Assembly: GCA_013239625.1 (NCBI GenBank)
Contig: MU053379.1
Location: 1,170,974-1,234,973 of the forward strand
Length of the DNA stretch: 64,000 bases
Origin: Lama guanicoe
Lineage: Eukaryota
Direction of reading: 5' to 3'
The position numbers were made by a program, and so were the translations under genes. The notes under the pieces were generated by a model, which did not search any database, was not told where the DNA came from, and saw only the letters and a list, made by a program, of their open reading frames with translations. Shown here one piece after another: positions 63,013 through 64,000 of this stretch. How positions within the stretch are numbered: the first letter of the stretch is position 1; the number at the start of each line of letters is the position of its first letter.

Positions 63013-64000
63013 TCAACTAATCTTCAACAAAGGAGGCAAGAATATACAATGGAATAAAGACAGTCTCTTCAGCAAATAGTGTTGGGAAAACTGGAGAGCA
63101 GCATGTAAATCAATGAAGCTAGAACACTCCCTTACACCATACACAAAAATAAACTCAAAATGGATCAAAGACTTAAACATAAGACAAGATACAATAAACC
63201 TCCTAGAAGAAAAAACAGGCAAAACATTATCTGACATACATCTCAAAAATGTTCTCCTAGGCCAGTCTACCCAAGCAATAGAAATAAAACCAAGAATAAA
63301 CAAATGGGACCTATTTAAACTTAGAAGCTTCTGCACAGCAAAGGAAACCATAAGTAAAACAAAACGACAACCTACGGAATGGGAGAAAATTTTTGCAAAT
63401 GAAACCGACAAAGGCTTGATCTCCAGAATATATAAGCAGCTTATACGACTTAGTAAGAAAAAAACAAACAACGCAATCCAAAAATGGGCAAAAGACCTAA
63501 ACAAGCAATTCTCCAAGGAAGACATACAAATGATCATTGGGCACATGAAAAAGTGCTCAATATCACTAATTATCAGAGAACTACAAATCAAAACTACAAT
63601 GAGGTATCCCCTCACACCAGTCAGAAAGGCCATCATTCAAAAGTCCACAAATGACAAATGCTGGAGAGGCTGTGAAGAAAAGGGAACCCTCCTTCACTGC
63701 TGGTGGGGATACAGTTTGGTGCAGCCACTGTGGAAAACAATATGGAGAGTCCTCAAAAGACTAGGAATAGACTTACCATATGACCCAGGAATCCCACTTC
63801 TGGGCATATATCCAGAAGGAACCCTACTTCAAAATGACATCTGCACCTCAATGTTCATAGCAGCACTATTTACAATAGCCAAGACATGGAAACAGCCTAC
63901 ATGTCCATCAACAGATGACTGGATAAAGAAGAAGTGGTATATTTATACAATGGAATACTACTCAGCCATAAAAACTGACAACATAATGCCATTTGCAGCA
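63013..64000 (+). mobile_element. Young L1 ORF2 3' portion, continuing past the window end
   Basis: Little-decayed L1 sequence: caactaatcttcaacaaaggaggcaagaatatacaatgg...gacttaccatatgacccagg...tggaatactactcagccataaaa. Confidence 0.92.

Noticed and set aside
63013..63636. 207-aa hydrophobic minus-strand ORF
   Set aside because: It is the antisense frame of L1 ORF2, a common artefact.

Overview
This is mammalian genomic DNA, almost certainly from a camelid, judged by several Vic-1-like tRNA-derived SINEs. It contains one complete protein-coding gene, the KRAB zinc-finger gene ZNF133 (+ strand). Its CpG-island promoter is at about 25.1-26.2 kb, its coding exons are 36714-36834, 37345-37440 and 41079-42829 (about 655 aa, 14 canonical C2H2 fingers plus 1 atypical), and its AATAAA is at 42980. 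The terminal coding exon and 3'UTR of DZANK1 lie on the - strand (60871 to about 60020), convergent with ZNF133. The rest is mostly interspersed repeats: L1, L2, MIR, MLT/ERV LTRs, Tigger MITEs and SINEs. I found no evidence of a new biological system. The most interesting structures are: (1) a TSD-resolved nest of five ERV1-type LTR pieces and a twin-primed L1 just upstream of the ZNF133 promoter; (2) a relic ZNF875/ZNF169-type start exon whose ATG has decayed; (3) a PRDM9-derived dead zinc finger and a NAGNAG acceptor in ZNF133; (4) local tracts of strong AT-to-GC substitution bias; (5) two unexplained mRNA-3'-end-like inserts among L1 fragments. Gene and repeat names come from my recall of the families, not from database searches, and repeat boundaries are approximate unless a TSD or TIR is quoted.
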